DNA of 64,000 nucleotides from an uncultured Planctomycetia bacterium (GCA_964649665.1 CAZYPU010000004.1:511-64510), one strand, 5' to 3'; counted from the stretch's first letter, positions 28,834 to 38,155 are shown. The notes: generated by a model not told the origin, from the sequence alone. Numbers and translations: made by a program.

Positions 28834-31395
28834 ATGAAGACCCTGATGCGTAAGATGAAGAAAGTCTGCGTACTCATAACCATAGCGGCTTTCGGGTCGC
28901 TTATGCCCGGGGTCGCGGTTTACCCTCAGGAGGACTCCGTAGAAAGGCACATGCAAAACGGCTCACGCGTTATGGCTCCGGGTTGGCTTAACGTCGACAA
29001 TCAGAAGGGCCGGGCCTTTAAGGAGCAAGTCCTGCAAAAGGGAGTTTCCGCCGAAAAGCAAATGAAAAGGATAGGCGCTGACCTTGAAAGAAGCCTTCTC
29101 GAAAGAACCACAGATACAGTTAAGCCGGATCTGAAGAAAAAAACGGCCAAGGTAAGTTCGGCGGCCCCGACAGGCGTCGCAACCTTCGAGACGTTGGTTA
29201 TACAGGCAGATAACGTGATTGTCGAACAGGCCCTGGTCGAAATAGCCGAAGCGGAAGGCATAGAACAAGGCGCCATAGACTATGCCGCATTGACCACGGG
29301 GGACATCGTGTTTACATGGCAAAAAGACGGCGCGATTTATGGGCGCGTGTACGATGACACGGGGGCTATTTCCGGAGATGCGGATGCCGCATTTCAGAGC
29401 GCGCTTTTTACCCCCGGACAGAACGTTGACTATGTGATCCAGGCATTGTATGACGGAGGATTCGTTGTTGGGTATTCCTCATCAAATGACGGGTGGGATT
29501 CATCAACATCCATCTATACGACTTTCTTCAGCAGATTCGATTCTCAAAACAACACGTTTACCGGCTTTTCGGTGGGCGGCGGTTCCGGAAAAATAACTTC
29601 TATAACCGGTTTATCCGACGGGCGTTTCGCGGCGGCATGGGACGGAGGATATTTCGACACCAGCTACTTCAGAATAATAGGCGCGGATAACAACTTCGGA
29701 AGCGAAATATACCTGGGCTCCAGCTACTACCAGTCCAACTACGGATATACGCGCAGCATGCGCCCGCAACTTGTCACATTGACTAATGGCAATATAGCCG
29801 CCGCGTGGTACACAGAGAGCCATTATAACTACCCAATTATCGGCTACAGTTTCAGCGGTTACTATTCCGTATATAATCCTGATAACAATGGCATGCTGTC
29901 CTACACCTCGATAGACGGCTCGTATGGGTTTAGCCCGAACGTAATCTCTCTTTCAAACGGCGGGTTTGCCATTTCGTGGTCTAACGCCAGCGACACAATG
30001 TATTTCCGGACTTTTGACGCTTCGGGCGGTTACGACAGCTCCAGGATAGAGATAGCGAGCTTTCAATATGATTATTACACCACCTCACCCACTGGGTTTG
30101 ATCAACGTTATTGCGCGCCTACCATGGTTGAGCTTTCGAACGGTAAAATCGCGGTTGTTTACGGCAATATAGCGCTTGACGGGTATCGTCTGAGCGTGTA
30201 CGGGGAGGACGGTACATGGATTACCACGGCTGCCAGACTCACTTATTACGAGTGGGACCGGAACTTGCGAGTTCACGCGCTTGAAGGTGATACACTTGCG
30301 ATATCATATGAACATGGGTACGATTCTCCTTGGGCTTATGGCCAGTACAGCGCCACCGGCGAAGTTTTTGGATCAGAGCAAATATTTGCCATGCCCACAG
30401 AGACGCGGACACGCGTCTCGGCCGCCGCGGATTTCGATATGAGAGGCGCCAGCGATACAAGCGCTTTTTCGAGGTTAGATGATGGATATGCCCCGAATTT
30501 ATTTGCCACTCTGTCTTTCGGCAATGAATACGGCGAACCGTTAGGCGCCCGCACGCTTATATCCGCCTTCAGGGGCCTTTTGGAATTGAATAGCGCCGGC
30601 ATGCTGAACGCGGAGGGAATGCCGGATGGCGTGTTGGACCCGGCGCTTCTTGCGGAGCTCTTAGCGGGAGTATTAGAGGAATCAGCGTTTATGGCGTCGA
30701 TGGGTGAGCTGACATCCCAGGAGATGCAAATGGTAATGATGCTGGCAAGTATAATAAATAACCCCACGATCGAACAGCAGGAAATTCTTGACGTATTGGA
30801 AGCGCTTATCAGCCAGGTACAAAAGATGGCAGAAGATACCGGCAGCGCCCCCGAGCTTGAGCAGACTTCGGACGACTTTACCCAGATGGTTGCCGCCGTC
30901 CTTTTGGCCCAGGCCCTGCCGGGACTTCTTAAGGAAGGGGATATGTCGAATGTAAAAGGCATATTTGGCGATCTCGATAGGGAAAAATCCAATATCCTGC
31001 TTCAATACGGACAGCAGGCAAGCAGGTACTACGAGCTTATAGCGGAGGAACTCGCGGCCAATATGACCACACTTCAGATTAAGGGCCTGTTGAAAAAGAA
31101 CATAACGGCAGAAGAGGAGCTGACAAAGCTTCCTTTTGATCAAATAGATGCAATCGTAAAGAAAATACGCAACGCAAAAGACAAGACCATAACCGAAGAG
31201 CGCGTATTAAAGGCAGAGGCAAAATACAGGGAAGAACATCTTATGCCCGCCAAACGGATGCTCGAACAAAATATGAAAACGCTCCTTCAGGGCTTTACCA
31301 AGAAGCTTTTCGGCGTCCTTGACGGCGCGGGCCTTGTGAAGGAGAAGGCGGAACAGGGCAAGCCGGTACTTAACATAGACTTATCGGCGAAATAA
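28834..31395 (+). CDS. secreted protein with beta-propeller-like repeats and an alpha-helical C-terminal region (function unknown)
   Basis: Start placed at ATG 28834 (GGAGG 9 nt upstream); the ORF track starts at 28825. Signal peptide. About 7 degenerate repeats of the form L-[ST]-[ND]-G-x-[FI]-A-[AIV]-x-[WY]. The last ~330 aa are A/E/L/M-rich. Confidence 0.7.
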   Translation: MKTLMRKMKKVCVLITIAAFGSLMPGVAVYPQEDSVERHMQNGSRVMAPGWLNVDNQKGRAFKEQVLQKGVSAEKQMKRIGADLERSLLERTTDTVKPDLKKKTAKVSSAAPTGVATFETLVIQADNVIVEQALVEIAEAEGIEQGAIDYAALTTGDIVFTWQKDGAIYGRVYDDTGAISGDADAAFQSALFTPGQNVDYVIQALYDGGFVVGYSSSNDGWDSSTSIYTTFFSRFDSQNNTFTGFSVGGGSGKITSITGLSDGRFAAAWDGGYFDTSYFRIIGADNNFGSEIYLGSSYYQSNYGYTRSMRPQLVTLTNGNIAAAWYTESHYNYPIIGYSFSGYYSVYNPDNNGMLSYTSIDGSYGFSPNVISLSNGGFAISWSNASDTMYFRTFDASGGYDSSRIEIASFQYDYYTTSPTGFDQRYCAPTMVELSNGKIAVVYGNIALDGYRLSVYGEDGTWITTAARLTYYEWDRNLRVHALEGDTLAISYEHGYDSPWAYGQYSATGEVFGSEQIFAMPTETRTRVSAAADFDMRGASDTSAFSRLDDGYAPNLFATLSFGNEYGEPLGARTLISAFRGLLELNSAGMLNAEGMPDGVLDPALLAELLAGVLEESAFMASMGELTSQEMQMVMMLASIINNPTIEQQEILDVLEALISQVQKMAEDTGSAPELEQTSDDFTQMVAAVLLAQALPGLLKEGDMSNVKGIFGDLDREKSNILLQYGQQASRYYELIAEELAANMTTLQIKGLLKKNITAEEELTKLPFDQIDAIVKKIRNAKDKTITEERVLKAEAKYREEHLMPAKRMLEQNMKTLLQGFTKKLFGVLDGAGLVKEKAEQGKPVLNIDLSAK

Positions 31396-31468
31396 GCGGC
31401 ATTTATTTCAAGGGACCGTTCCGCTTTCTCCTTATTTTTATGCCTTTTTCCGTAAACAGCTCGCACAA

Positions 31469-31505
31469 CAGGACTCCCTACAGCCACTTGCCAGCGGCTC
31501 ACACA
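31469..31505. repeat. solo arm of the rod-like element family
   Basis: CAGGACTCCCTACAGCCACTTGCCAGCGGCTCACACA is near-identical to the reverse complement of 31750-31786. Confidence 0.7.
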
Positions 31506-31577
31506 ATCAGGGCAAGGTGCCTGGCACCTCAGGGCACCTCTCGCAAACTCTACCAAAGCTTTTGGGGATGTACTTTG

Positions 31578-31786
31578 CAGGACTCTCTTTGGTCATTTGC
31601 CAAGCGGCGAATGCTCTCGACCGTAGAAGTTCGCAATTTGCGAATCGGACATGCAGAGGAAGTCTCTGAGTTAAAGGTTAAAACTAACATACACACCTTC
31701 CGATTAGCAAATTGCAGAAATTCAAGGGAGAGAGCTTTACGCAATTTTTTGTGTGAGCCGCTGGCAAGTGACCAAAGGGAGTCCTG
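31578..31786. repeat. 209-nt rod-like palindromic element, copy A
   Basis: ~30-bp terminal stem (CAGGACTCTCTTTGGTCATTTGCCAAGCGGC / GCCGCTGGCAAGTGACCAAAGGGAGTCCTG). Conserved core motifs CGACCGTAGAA, AATTTGCGAATCGGA, TCCGATTAGCAAATTGCAGAAATTCAAGGGAGAGAGC. Confidence 0.8.
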
Positions 31787-31833
31787 CCTCAATCGCGCCT
31801 GTGAAGGGAAGTAAAAAAAAGTTAAAAAAACCC

Positions 31834-31861
31834 TTGACAAAAAATTTATTTATGGTATAGT
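31834..31861 (+). promoter_or_regulatory. sigma70-type promoter upstream of the LAGLIDADG-like ORF / tRNA-Thr / tuf
   Basis: TTGACA (31834-31839), 16 nt spacer, TATAGT (31856-31861). Confidence 0.55.
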
Positions 31862-31914
31862 GATGAACTTGTTTGCACTAAGCGGACCAGTTTCGCCTAC
31901 AGAAGAGGATATGG

Positions 31915-32586
31915 ATGCAACTACGCGATATCGTAGTAAGTTACGAAAAGGGAAATTCCATAAACGAGATAGCTTCCGCGTTCGGCCTCTCGACGAGGAA
32001 GATCAGGGGCATATTATCCACTAATAATATAGTCATGCGAAATCACAAAGAAGCCTCATACCTAAAAAACAACAAAGACGGCGACCCGTTCGACATATTG
32101 ACCGAACTTACGCCGGAAGAAGAGCACCTGAAAGCAATGGCGCTCGGGCTTTACCTTACGGAAGGAAACACAAAAAACAAAAATTCCGTACGCTTTTCCA
32201 ATTCGGACCCGGCGCTTGTAAAGATATTCGTTAAATTTTTAAAAGCTGTCTGTGGTGTTGAAAATGACAAGATAAGGATGTCGTTAATCGTGTATCCGGA
32301 TGTCCCGCAAAAAGCGGCAAGGGAGTACTGGGCGAATTTCCTGGGTCTTCCAATAATTCAGTTTACGAAAACAACCGTTTTAAAAAACAGGAGTAACCAC
32401 AGTTCAAAAAGACACTCGGAATTCGGCACCATTACTATATATGTGCACAATACAAAGCTCCTGGGTATCATAAAAGAGTGGGCGCGGGAATATGCCCATA
32501 TAGCTCAGTTGGTAGAGCACATCCATGGTAAGGATGAGGTCGTCGGTTCAACCCCGACTGTGGGCTCCGCTATTAAAAGGAGGTAA
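31915..32586 (+). CDS. HTH plus LAGLIDADG-like (homing-endonuclease-like) protein; the 3' end reads through tRNA-Thr
   Basis: N-terminal HTH ([22 protein letters not shown]). [13 protein letters not shown] followed by [18 protein letters not shown] resembles a single LAGLIDADG motif and core. There is no stop codon before the tRNA at 32494. Confidence 0.45.
   Translation: MQLRDIVVSYEKGNSINEIASAFGLSTRKIRGILSTNNIVMRNHKEASYLKNNKDGDPFDILTELTPEEEHLKAMALGLYLTEGNTKNKNSVRFSNSDPALVKIFVKFLKAVCGVENDKIRMSLIVYPDVPQKAAREYWANFLGLPIIQFTKTTVLKNRSNHSSKRHSEFGTITIYVHNTKLLGIIKEWAREYAHIAQLVEHIHGKDEVVGSTPTVGSAIKRR
32494..32566 (+). tRNA. tRNA-Thr (anticodon GGU)
   Basis: GCCCATATAGCTCAGTTGGTAGAGCACATCCATGGTAAGGATGAGGTCGTCGGTTCAACCCCGACTGTGGGCT. 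Lies 22 nt upstream of tuf. Confidence 0.92.
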
Positions 32587-32588
32587 AG

Positions 32589-33785
32589 ATGGCTAAAGCA
32601 AAATTTGAACGCACAAAGCCGCACGTAAATGTCGGCACAATAGGGCACATAGATCACGGAAAGACCTGCCTTACGAGCGCCATAACCCAGGTCCTCGCAT
32701 TAAAGGGCCAGTCAACCGCGAAAACCTATGCGGAAATCGCGAAAGGCGGAGCCGTAAGGGATAAGTCAAAGATTCTCACCATAGCGGTCGCGCACGTGGA
32801 ATACGAAACAGAAAAGCGCCATTACGCGCATATCGACTGCCCGGGCCACGCAGACTATATAAAGAACATGATAACGGGAGCGGCCCAGATGGACGGAGCG
32901 ATCCTTGTCGTATCGGCGGCCGACGGCCCGATGCCCCAGACAAGGGAGCACATTCTTCTTGCAAGGCAGGTAAATGTGCCCGCGATAGTAGTATTTTTAA
33001 ACAAGGTAGACCTCGTAGACGACAAGGAGCTGCTTGACCTTGTGGAGCTTGAAGTAAGGGAGCTTCTCACGAAGTACAAGTTCCCGGGAGAGAAAACACC
33101 CGTCGTAAAGGGAAGCGCGCTTAAAGCTATGCAGAAACCCGAAGACGCGGAAGCCGCAAAGCCCATATTCGAGCTCCTGAAAGCGGTAGACGATTTCATC
33201 CCTATCCCAAAAAGAGACATCGACAAACCTTTCTTAATGCCAATCGAAGACGTATTCTCAATCACCGGAAGGGGAACTGTCGGCACGGGCCGCGTGGAAA
33301 GGGGCCAGGTAAAAACGGGGGAAGAGATTGAAATCGTGGGTCTTAAAGACACAAAAAAAAGCATCGTAACAGGCGTTGAGATGTTCAGGAAGATCCTGGA
33401 CTCGGGCCAGGCAGGGGATAATATAGGAGTCCTCTTAAGAGGCGTTGAGAAAAAAGACCTCATGCGCGGACAGGTCCTCGCAAAGCCCGGAACCATAAAA
33501 CCGCATAAAAATTGCAAGGGCGAGGCCTACATCCTGACCAAAGAGGAAGGCGGCCGCCACACGCCGTTTTTTAACGGCTACAGGCCGCAGTTCTACTTCA
33601 GGACCACCGACGTAACCGGATCCGTCACGCTTCCCAAGGATGTCGAAATGGTTATGCCGGGTGACAACGTTACGGTAGAAATAAGCCTCATAGAGCCCAT
33701 CGCTATGGAAAAGGGTCTGAGGTTCGCTATACGCGAAGGCGGCCACACCGTCGGCGCGGGCGTAATAACGGAGATAAACGAGTAA
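32589..33785 (+). CDS. tuf: elongation factor Tu
   Basis: [26 protein letters not shown]. 398 aa. Confidence 0.97.
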   Translation: MAKAKFERTKPHVNVGTIGHIDHGKTCLTSAITQVLALKGQSTAKTYAEIAKGGAVRDKSKILTIAVAHVEYETEKRHYAHIDCPGHADYIKNMITGAAQMDGAILVVSAADGPMPQTREHILLARQVNVPAIVVFLNKVDLVDDKELLDLVELEVRELLTKYKFPGEKTPVVKGSALKAMQKPEDAEAAKPIFELLKAVDDFIPIPKRDIDKPFLMPIEDVFSITGRGTVGTGRVERGQVKTGEEIEIVGLKDTKKSIVTGVEMFRKILDSGQAGDNIGVLLRGVEKKDLMRGQVLAKPGTIKPHKNCKGEAYILTKEEGGRHTPFFNGYRPQFYFRTTDVTGSVTLPKDVEMVMPGDNVTVEISLIEPIAMEKGLRFAIREGGHTVGAGVITEINE

Positions 33786-33786
33786 T

Positions 33787-34128
33787 ATGCCGGCAAAGGC
33801 AAAAACAATAAAAGCAAAACCGGGTATCGCGGTAAAGATAAGGATAAGGCTTATGGCCTATGACCATAGGATTTTGGACTTATCCTGTGAGGAGATCGTT
33901 GAAACCGTGAAAAAAACAGGGGCGGTCATTTCGGGGCCGCTGCCGCTTCCCACGAGAAGGGAACTCTTTACGGTTCTGCGCTCGCCGCATATCGACAAGA
34001 AATCGAGGGAGCAGTTTCAGATTAAGACGCATAAGCGGCTCCTGGAGATAATAAATCCGACGGCGAAGACTATCGACGCCTTAAGGAGGCTCGATTTGCC
34101 GGCCGGGGTGAACGTGGAAATAAAGTAA
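33787..34128 (+). CDS. rpsJ: 30S ribosomal protein S10
   Basis: [14 protein letters not shown]. First gene of the S10 operon. Confidence 0.93.
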   Translation: MPAKAKTIKAKPGIAVKIRIRLMAYDHRILDLSCEEIVETVKKTGAVISGPLPLPTRRELFTVLRSPHIDKKSREQFQIKTHKRLLEIINPTAKTIDALRRLDLPAGVNVEIK

Positions 34129-34136
34129 ATGAGGGC

Positions 34137-34226
34137 ACAACTTACGTCAGCCATAGTGGTTGACGTAAGTTGTAAGCCCGAATTTATCCTGAGGCACCGA
34201 AGGTGCCGAAGGATCTAAAGGATCTC
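34137..34226 (+). promoter_or_regulatory. structured spacer between rpsJ and rplC
   Basis: Perfect 13-bp hairpin ACAACTTACGTCA..TGACGTAAGTTGT (34137-34173). GGCACC-GAA-GGTGCC hairpin (34193-34207). Tandem AAGGATCT x2 from about 34209. Confidence 0.5.
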
Positions 34227-34241
34227 AATTAAAAGGTGAGT

Positions 34242-34931
34242 ATGAACGGAATACTCGGAAAAAAAATAGGCATGACAAATATTTTTGACCAGGAGGGCCG
34301 CTTTGTCCCTGTGACGCTTATAGAAGCGGGCCCCTGTCTTGTCCTGGATACAAAGACGAAAGAAAGATGCGGGTACTCCGCCGTGATTTTGGGATATGGG
34401 CAAAAAAAGCCCGCACGGGTAAAAAAACCGCAAAAAAAATGGCCTGTCCGCGTTATAAAGGAAATAAGGATGGAGCCTCCCGCGGCCGTTAAGGCCGGCG
34501 ACAGGATCGGGGTAAACTTGTTCAAAAGCGGCGATTACGTGGACGTAACGGGAACTACTATCGGGAAGGGATTCCAGGGCGGCATGAAGCGATGGGGCTG
34601 GCGCGGAGGAAGAAAATCCCACGGCTCTATGTTTCACCGGGCACCGGGTTCTATCGGAGCCAGCTCCTATCCGTCAAGGGTACACAAGGGCAAGCACCTC
34701 CCCGGCCATATGGGCGCGGTCAAAAGGACAACCCAGAATTTAAAAATCATGAGCGTCGACGAAGAAAAAAATATACTTAGCGTAAAAGGGTCCGTGGCCG
34801 GTCACAGGGGAAGCTTCCTCGTAATAAAGAGCGCGAAGAAACGACCACAGGAAGTCCCGAGCACCACAATAAAAAATACAGACCGCGAGGGAAGGCCGCC
34901 GAAAGAAAGCGTTACATCCGTAAACCCGTAG
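34242..34931 (+). CDS. rplC: 50S ribosomal protein L3 with C-terminal extension
   Basis: MNGILGKKIGMTNIFD (ATG 34242; the ORF track uses GTG 34236). The tail KKRPQEVPSTTIKNTDREGRP is shared with L31. Confidence 0.92.
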   Translation: MNGILGKKIGMTNIFDQEGRFVPVTLIEAGPCLVLDTKTKERCGYSAVILGYGQKKPARVKKPQKKWPVRVIKEIRMEPPAAVKAGDRIGVNLFKSGDYVDVTGTTIGKGFQGGMKRWGWRGGRKSHGSMFHRAPGSIGASSYPSRVHKGKHLPGHMGAVKRTTQNLKIMSVDEEKNILSVKGSVAGHRGSFLVIKSAKKRPQEVPSTTIKNTDREGRPPKESVTSVNP

Positions 34932-34946
34932 AGGAGTGAAGAATAC

Positions 34947-35603
34947 GTGGTAGATACAAAGACCAAAGCGACTATAAACCGAATACCCCTGTTTGACTCT
35001 AAAGGGAAAAAAGCGGGAACGCTGGATTTAAACAAGGACATTTTTACCGGGGAGTGCAATAAATCGCTCCTCTACCAGGCGCTCGTTATGTACAGGGCCA
35101 ATCAGCGAAAGGGTACCGCCAGCACTAAAACACGGGGCGATGTAAGAGGCTCCGGTAAAAAACCCTGGCGGCAGAAGGGCACGGGACGGGCGAGGGTCGG
35201 TTCAAAACGAAACCCCGTCTGGCGGGGCGGCGGCATCGCGTTTGGTCCGCACCCGCGCGATTTCCGGTATTCACTTCCCAAAAAGATGCGAAAAGGGGCG
35301 CTTGTATCCAGTTTAAACACGAAACTGACAAGCGGAAAGGTCATCGGCGTCACGGACCTGGCTTTGGGTGAGCCGAAAACAAAAAAGATTTCGGCGCTTC
35401 TTTCGGCTTTGGGCATAGACACGAGGGTTCTCTTGCTGGTAAAAAATCCAGACAGAAATCTTGTCCTTGCGAGCAGGAACATAAAACGCCTTGTGTTAAA
35501 AAAGGCTGACGAAGCTACGGCGCTGGATGTTCTCTCCAGCGACAACATCGTTATCACAAAAGAGGCCGCAGAGGGGCTCTTGAGCAAAAAGGCCGGAAAA
35601 TGA
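34947..35603 (+). CDS. rplD: 50S ribosomal protein L4
   Basis: Operon position. KGTGRARVGSKRNPVWRGGG motif. Confidence 0.93.
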   Translation: MVDTKTKATINRIPLFDSKGKKAGTLDLNKDIFTGECNKSLLYQALVMYRANQRKGTASTKTRGDVRGSGKKPWRQKGTGRARVGSKRNPVWRGGGIAFGPHPRDFRYSLPKKMRKGALVSSLNTKLTSGKVIGVTDLALGEPKTKKISALLSALGIDTRVLLLVKNPDRNLVLASRNIKRLVLKKADEATALDVLSSDNIVITKEAAEGLLSKKAGK

Positions 35604-35878
35604 AAAGCCCGTATTCGGTAATCATAAGCGCCATAAGGACAGAAAAGGGCACGCGCCTTCTACCTTTAAACAAGTACCTTTTCTGGGTTGATATGGCCGC
35701 GAATAAGACGGAAATCAAAAACGCCGTAAAAGAAATTTACAAGGTGAAGGTCGAAAAGGTAAATACCGTGAAGGCGAGAGGAAAAAAAAGGCGCGTAAGA
35801 TACGTGGAAGGAAAAACAGCGGACTGGAAAAAGGCGATAGTAACGCTTAAGCAGGGCGAAAAGATAGATATTACGTAA
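35600..35878 (+). CDS. rplW: 50S ribosomal protein L23
   Basis: Operon position. Typical ~92-aa L23 sequence. Confidence 0.92.
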   Translation: MKSPYSVIISAIRTEKGTRLLPLNKYLFWVDMAANKTEIKNAVKEIYKVKVEKVNTVKARGKKRRVRYVEGKTADWKKAIVTLKQGEKIDIT

Positions 35879-35899
35879 TGACAATGCTAAGGTAAAAAA

Positions 35900-36721
35900 A
35901 TGGGAATAAAGAAATATAAACCGACATCGCCGGGGCGGAGATGGGGAAGCGGCTATACTTTCGAGGAAATTACAAAGGATTTTCCGGAAAAGCGGCTTAC
36001 CGTAGCGCTGAAACGAACGGGCGGAAGAAATGTGTATGGAAGGATAACGTCCCGGCATAGAGGCGGCGGGCACAAGAGAAAATGGCGCATAATCGACTTT
36101 AGAAGGAATAAGTGCGATGTCCCGGCGAAAGTTATCGCTATCGAGTACGACCCGAACAGGAGCGCGCGCATTGCCCTCCTGGAATACCGGGACGCGGAAA
36201 GGCGCTACATCATATGCCCGGACGACCTGAAAGTCGGCGACGAGGTAATGTCCTCGGAAAACGCCGAAATCAAGGCCGGCAACGCCCTTCCTCTTGAAAA
36301 AATACCGCTCGGTATCCCTATTTACAATATAGAATTCAAGAGGGGCCAGGGCGCAAAAATCGCAAGATCCGCCGGGAGCTTAGCGGTCGTAGTGGCCAAA
36401 GAAAAGGGGTTCGCGCATATCAGGATGCCGTCGAGCGAGATCCGCCTCATTAGACTCGATTGCTTCGCGTGCATAGGCCAGGTCGGCAATATCGAACATG
36501 ACAGTATATCTATCGGCAAAGCAGGCAGATCAAGACATCTTGGTGTTAGGCCTTACTCCCGAGGCGTCGTAAAAAACCCTGTCGACCACCCAATGGGAGG
36601 CGGTGAAGGCAAATCTTCGGGCGGAAGGCACCCGACCACGCCCTGGGGCAAGCCGACGAAAGGCCTAAAGACAAGAAAGCCCAAAAATTCGGATAAATAC
36701 ATATTAAAGAGGAGAAAATAA
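35900..36721 (+). CDS. rplB: 50S ribosomal protein L2
   Basis: [28 protein letters not shown]. Confidence 0.96.
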   Translation: MGIKKYKPTSPGRRWGSGYTFEEITKDFPEKRLTVALKRTGGRNVYGRITSRHRGGGHKRKWRIIDFRRNKCDVPAKVIAIEYDPNRSARIALLEYRDAERRYIICPDDLKVGDEVMSSENAEIKAGNALPLEKIPLGIPIYNIEFKRGQGAKIARSAGSLAVVVAKEKGFAHIRMPSSEIRLIRLDCFACIGQVGNIEHDSISIGKAGRSRHLGVRPYSRGVVKNPVDHPMGGGEGKSSGGRHPTTPWGKPTKGLKTRKPKNSDKYILKRRK

Positions 36722-36724
36722 CGA

Positions 36725-37009
36725 ATGTCGCGCTCTACAAAAAAAGGTCCTTTTATAGACGAAAAACTGTTAATGAAGGTCCAGAAAGCCGAGAAGGCGC
36801 GCGACAGGAAGCCCATAAAGACGTGGGCGCGCCGGTCCACAATACCGCCGGACTTTATCGGGGTTACGTTTATGGTCCACAACGGCAGAAAGTTTTTGCC
36901 GGTTTTTGTCACGGAGAACATGGTCGGGCATAAGCTCGGAGAATTCGCGCCGACGCGGCTCTTCAAGAAGCACGGCTCGGCAACCGAGGTTTCGCTGGAG
37001 AAAACGTAA
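36725..37009 (+). CDS. rpsS: 30S ribosomal protein S19
   Basis: [12 protein letters not shown]...[11 protein letters not shown]. Confidence 0.95.
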   Translation: MSRSTKKGPFIDEKLLMKVQKAEKARDRKPIKTWARRSTIPPDFIGVTFMVHNGRKFLPVFVTENMVGHKLGEFAPTRLFKKHGSATEVSLEKT

Positions 37010-37053
37010 TTCAGGGATAAGTGTTAAAGGATAAGCGATAAGAAGGATTAAAG

Positions 37054-37440
37054 ATGATTACCAGAGCCTTGGCAAAATACATAAAGATCGCGCCGAAGAA
37101 ATTGCAGCCGATAGCGAGGCTTCTGCGCAATAAAAGGGTTGAGGAAGCCGTCTATCTTTTGGCTAACATGAATAAAAAAGGGGCGTCGATTTTAAGGATT
37201 GCCGTAGAGTCCGCCCTCAACAACGCCAAGAGGATACCGGAAAAAAAGTTCAACGAAACTGATCTTTATATTTCAAAAGTCGTTATAAACGAGGGGCCGG
37301 CGCTTTCGCGGCACAGGGCAATGTCGATGGGGCGGGCCGGCACGATAAGAAAAAGAACGAGCCACGTGCTGATCGAGCTCAACGCGAAAGAAACAACGAA
37401 AAAGGCAAAAAAACCGATTAAGGCAAGGAAGAAGGGGTAA
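37054..37440 (+). CDS. rplV: 50S ribosomal protein L22
   Basis: Operon position. L22-like sequence with a basic tail. Confidence 0.9.
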   Translation: MITRALAKYIKIAPKKLQPIARLLRNKRVEEAVYLLANMNKKGASILRIAVESALNNAKRIPEKKFNETDLYISKVVINEGPALSRHRAMSMGRAGTIRKRTSHVLIELNAKETTKKAKKPIKARKKG

Positions 37441-38150
37441 TGGGTCAAAAAGTTCATCCATATGGTTTGAGAGTCGGGATAATAAAGGACTGGAGGTCAC
37501 GCTGGTTCGCGAGGAAAAGCAGTTTTCATTTTACGCTTATCGAAGACCTGAAAATTAGAAAATACGTTAAAGACAAGCTGCGCACGGCGGCGGTTTCGAA
37601 TATAGAAATAGAGCGAACGGGAGAGCGCATAAGGGTACTCATACATACCGCCAGGCCCGGCGTTGTAATAGGACGCAGGGGCGCCGAAATTGAGGCGTTA
37701 AAAGAGGATCTTCAGTCCATGTTAGGCGAGAAACAGCTATTTATAGACATAAGGGAAGTCAGGCAGCCCTCGCTGGAAGCGCAGCTTATTGCCGAAAACA
37801 TTGCCTTGCAGCTCGAAAGAAGAATGCCGTTCAGGCGCGCGATGAAAAGATCTCTCCAGCAGGCGAAGGACGCCGGCTGCGAAGGAATGAAAATGAAAAT
37901 CTCCGGAAGACTGGGCGGAGCTGAAATCGCAAGAAAAGAATCGTTGAAATACGGGAAAGTTCCGCTTCAGACATTACGGGCGGACATAGATTACGGTTTT
38001 ACGGAAGCGCATACAACATACGGCCTCATAGGTGTTAAGGTATGGGTTTATAAGGGTGAGAAAATCGTCGGCGGCACAAAAGAAGACATTAAAAACGAGT
38101 TCAGGGCGAAGAATGCGCCCCGCGCGGCAGATGGAAGAAGGAGAGGATAG
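37440..38150 (+). CDS. rpsC: 30S ribosomal protein S3
   Basis: [16 protein letters not shown] domain. Confidence 0.95.
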   Translation: MGQKVHPYGLRVGIIKDWRSRWFARKSSFHFTLIEDLKIRKYVKDKLRTAAVSNIEIERTGERIRVLIHTARPGVVIGRRGAEIEALKEDLQSMLGEKQLFIDIREVRQPSLEAQLIAENIALQLERRMPFRRAMKRSLQQAKDAGCEGMKMKISGRLGGAEIARKESLKYGKVPLQTLRADIDYGFTEAHTTYGLIGVKVWVYKGEKIVGGTKEDIKNEFRAKNAPRAADGRRRG

Positions 38151-38155
38151 CGGAA

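Noticed and set aside
31440-31840. 124-aa (+) and 96-aa (-) ORFs across the palindromic elements
   Set aside because: They exist on both strands because the DNA is palindromic. There are no RBS and no motifs, and the region is better explained by the repeat family.
32494-32566. Group I intron-split tRNA hosting the LAGLIDADG-like ORF
   Set aside because: The tRNA-Thr(GGU) downstream is intact with a complete acceptor stem and anticodon loop. No 5' exon fragment was seen upstream of the ORF.
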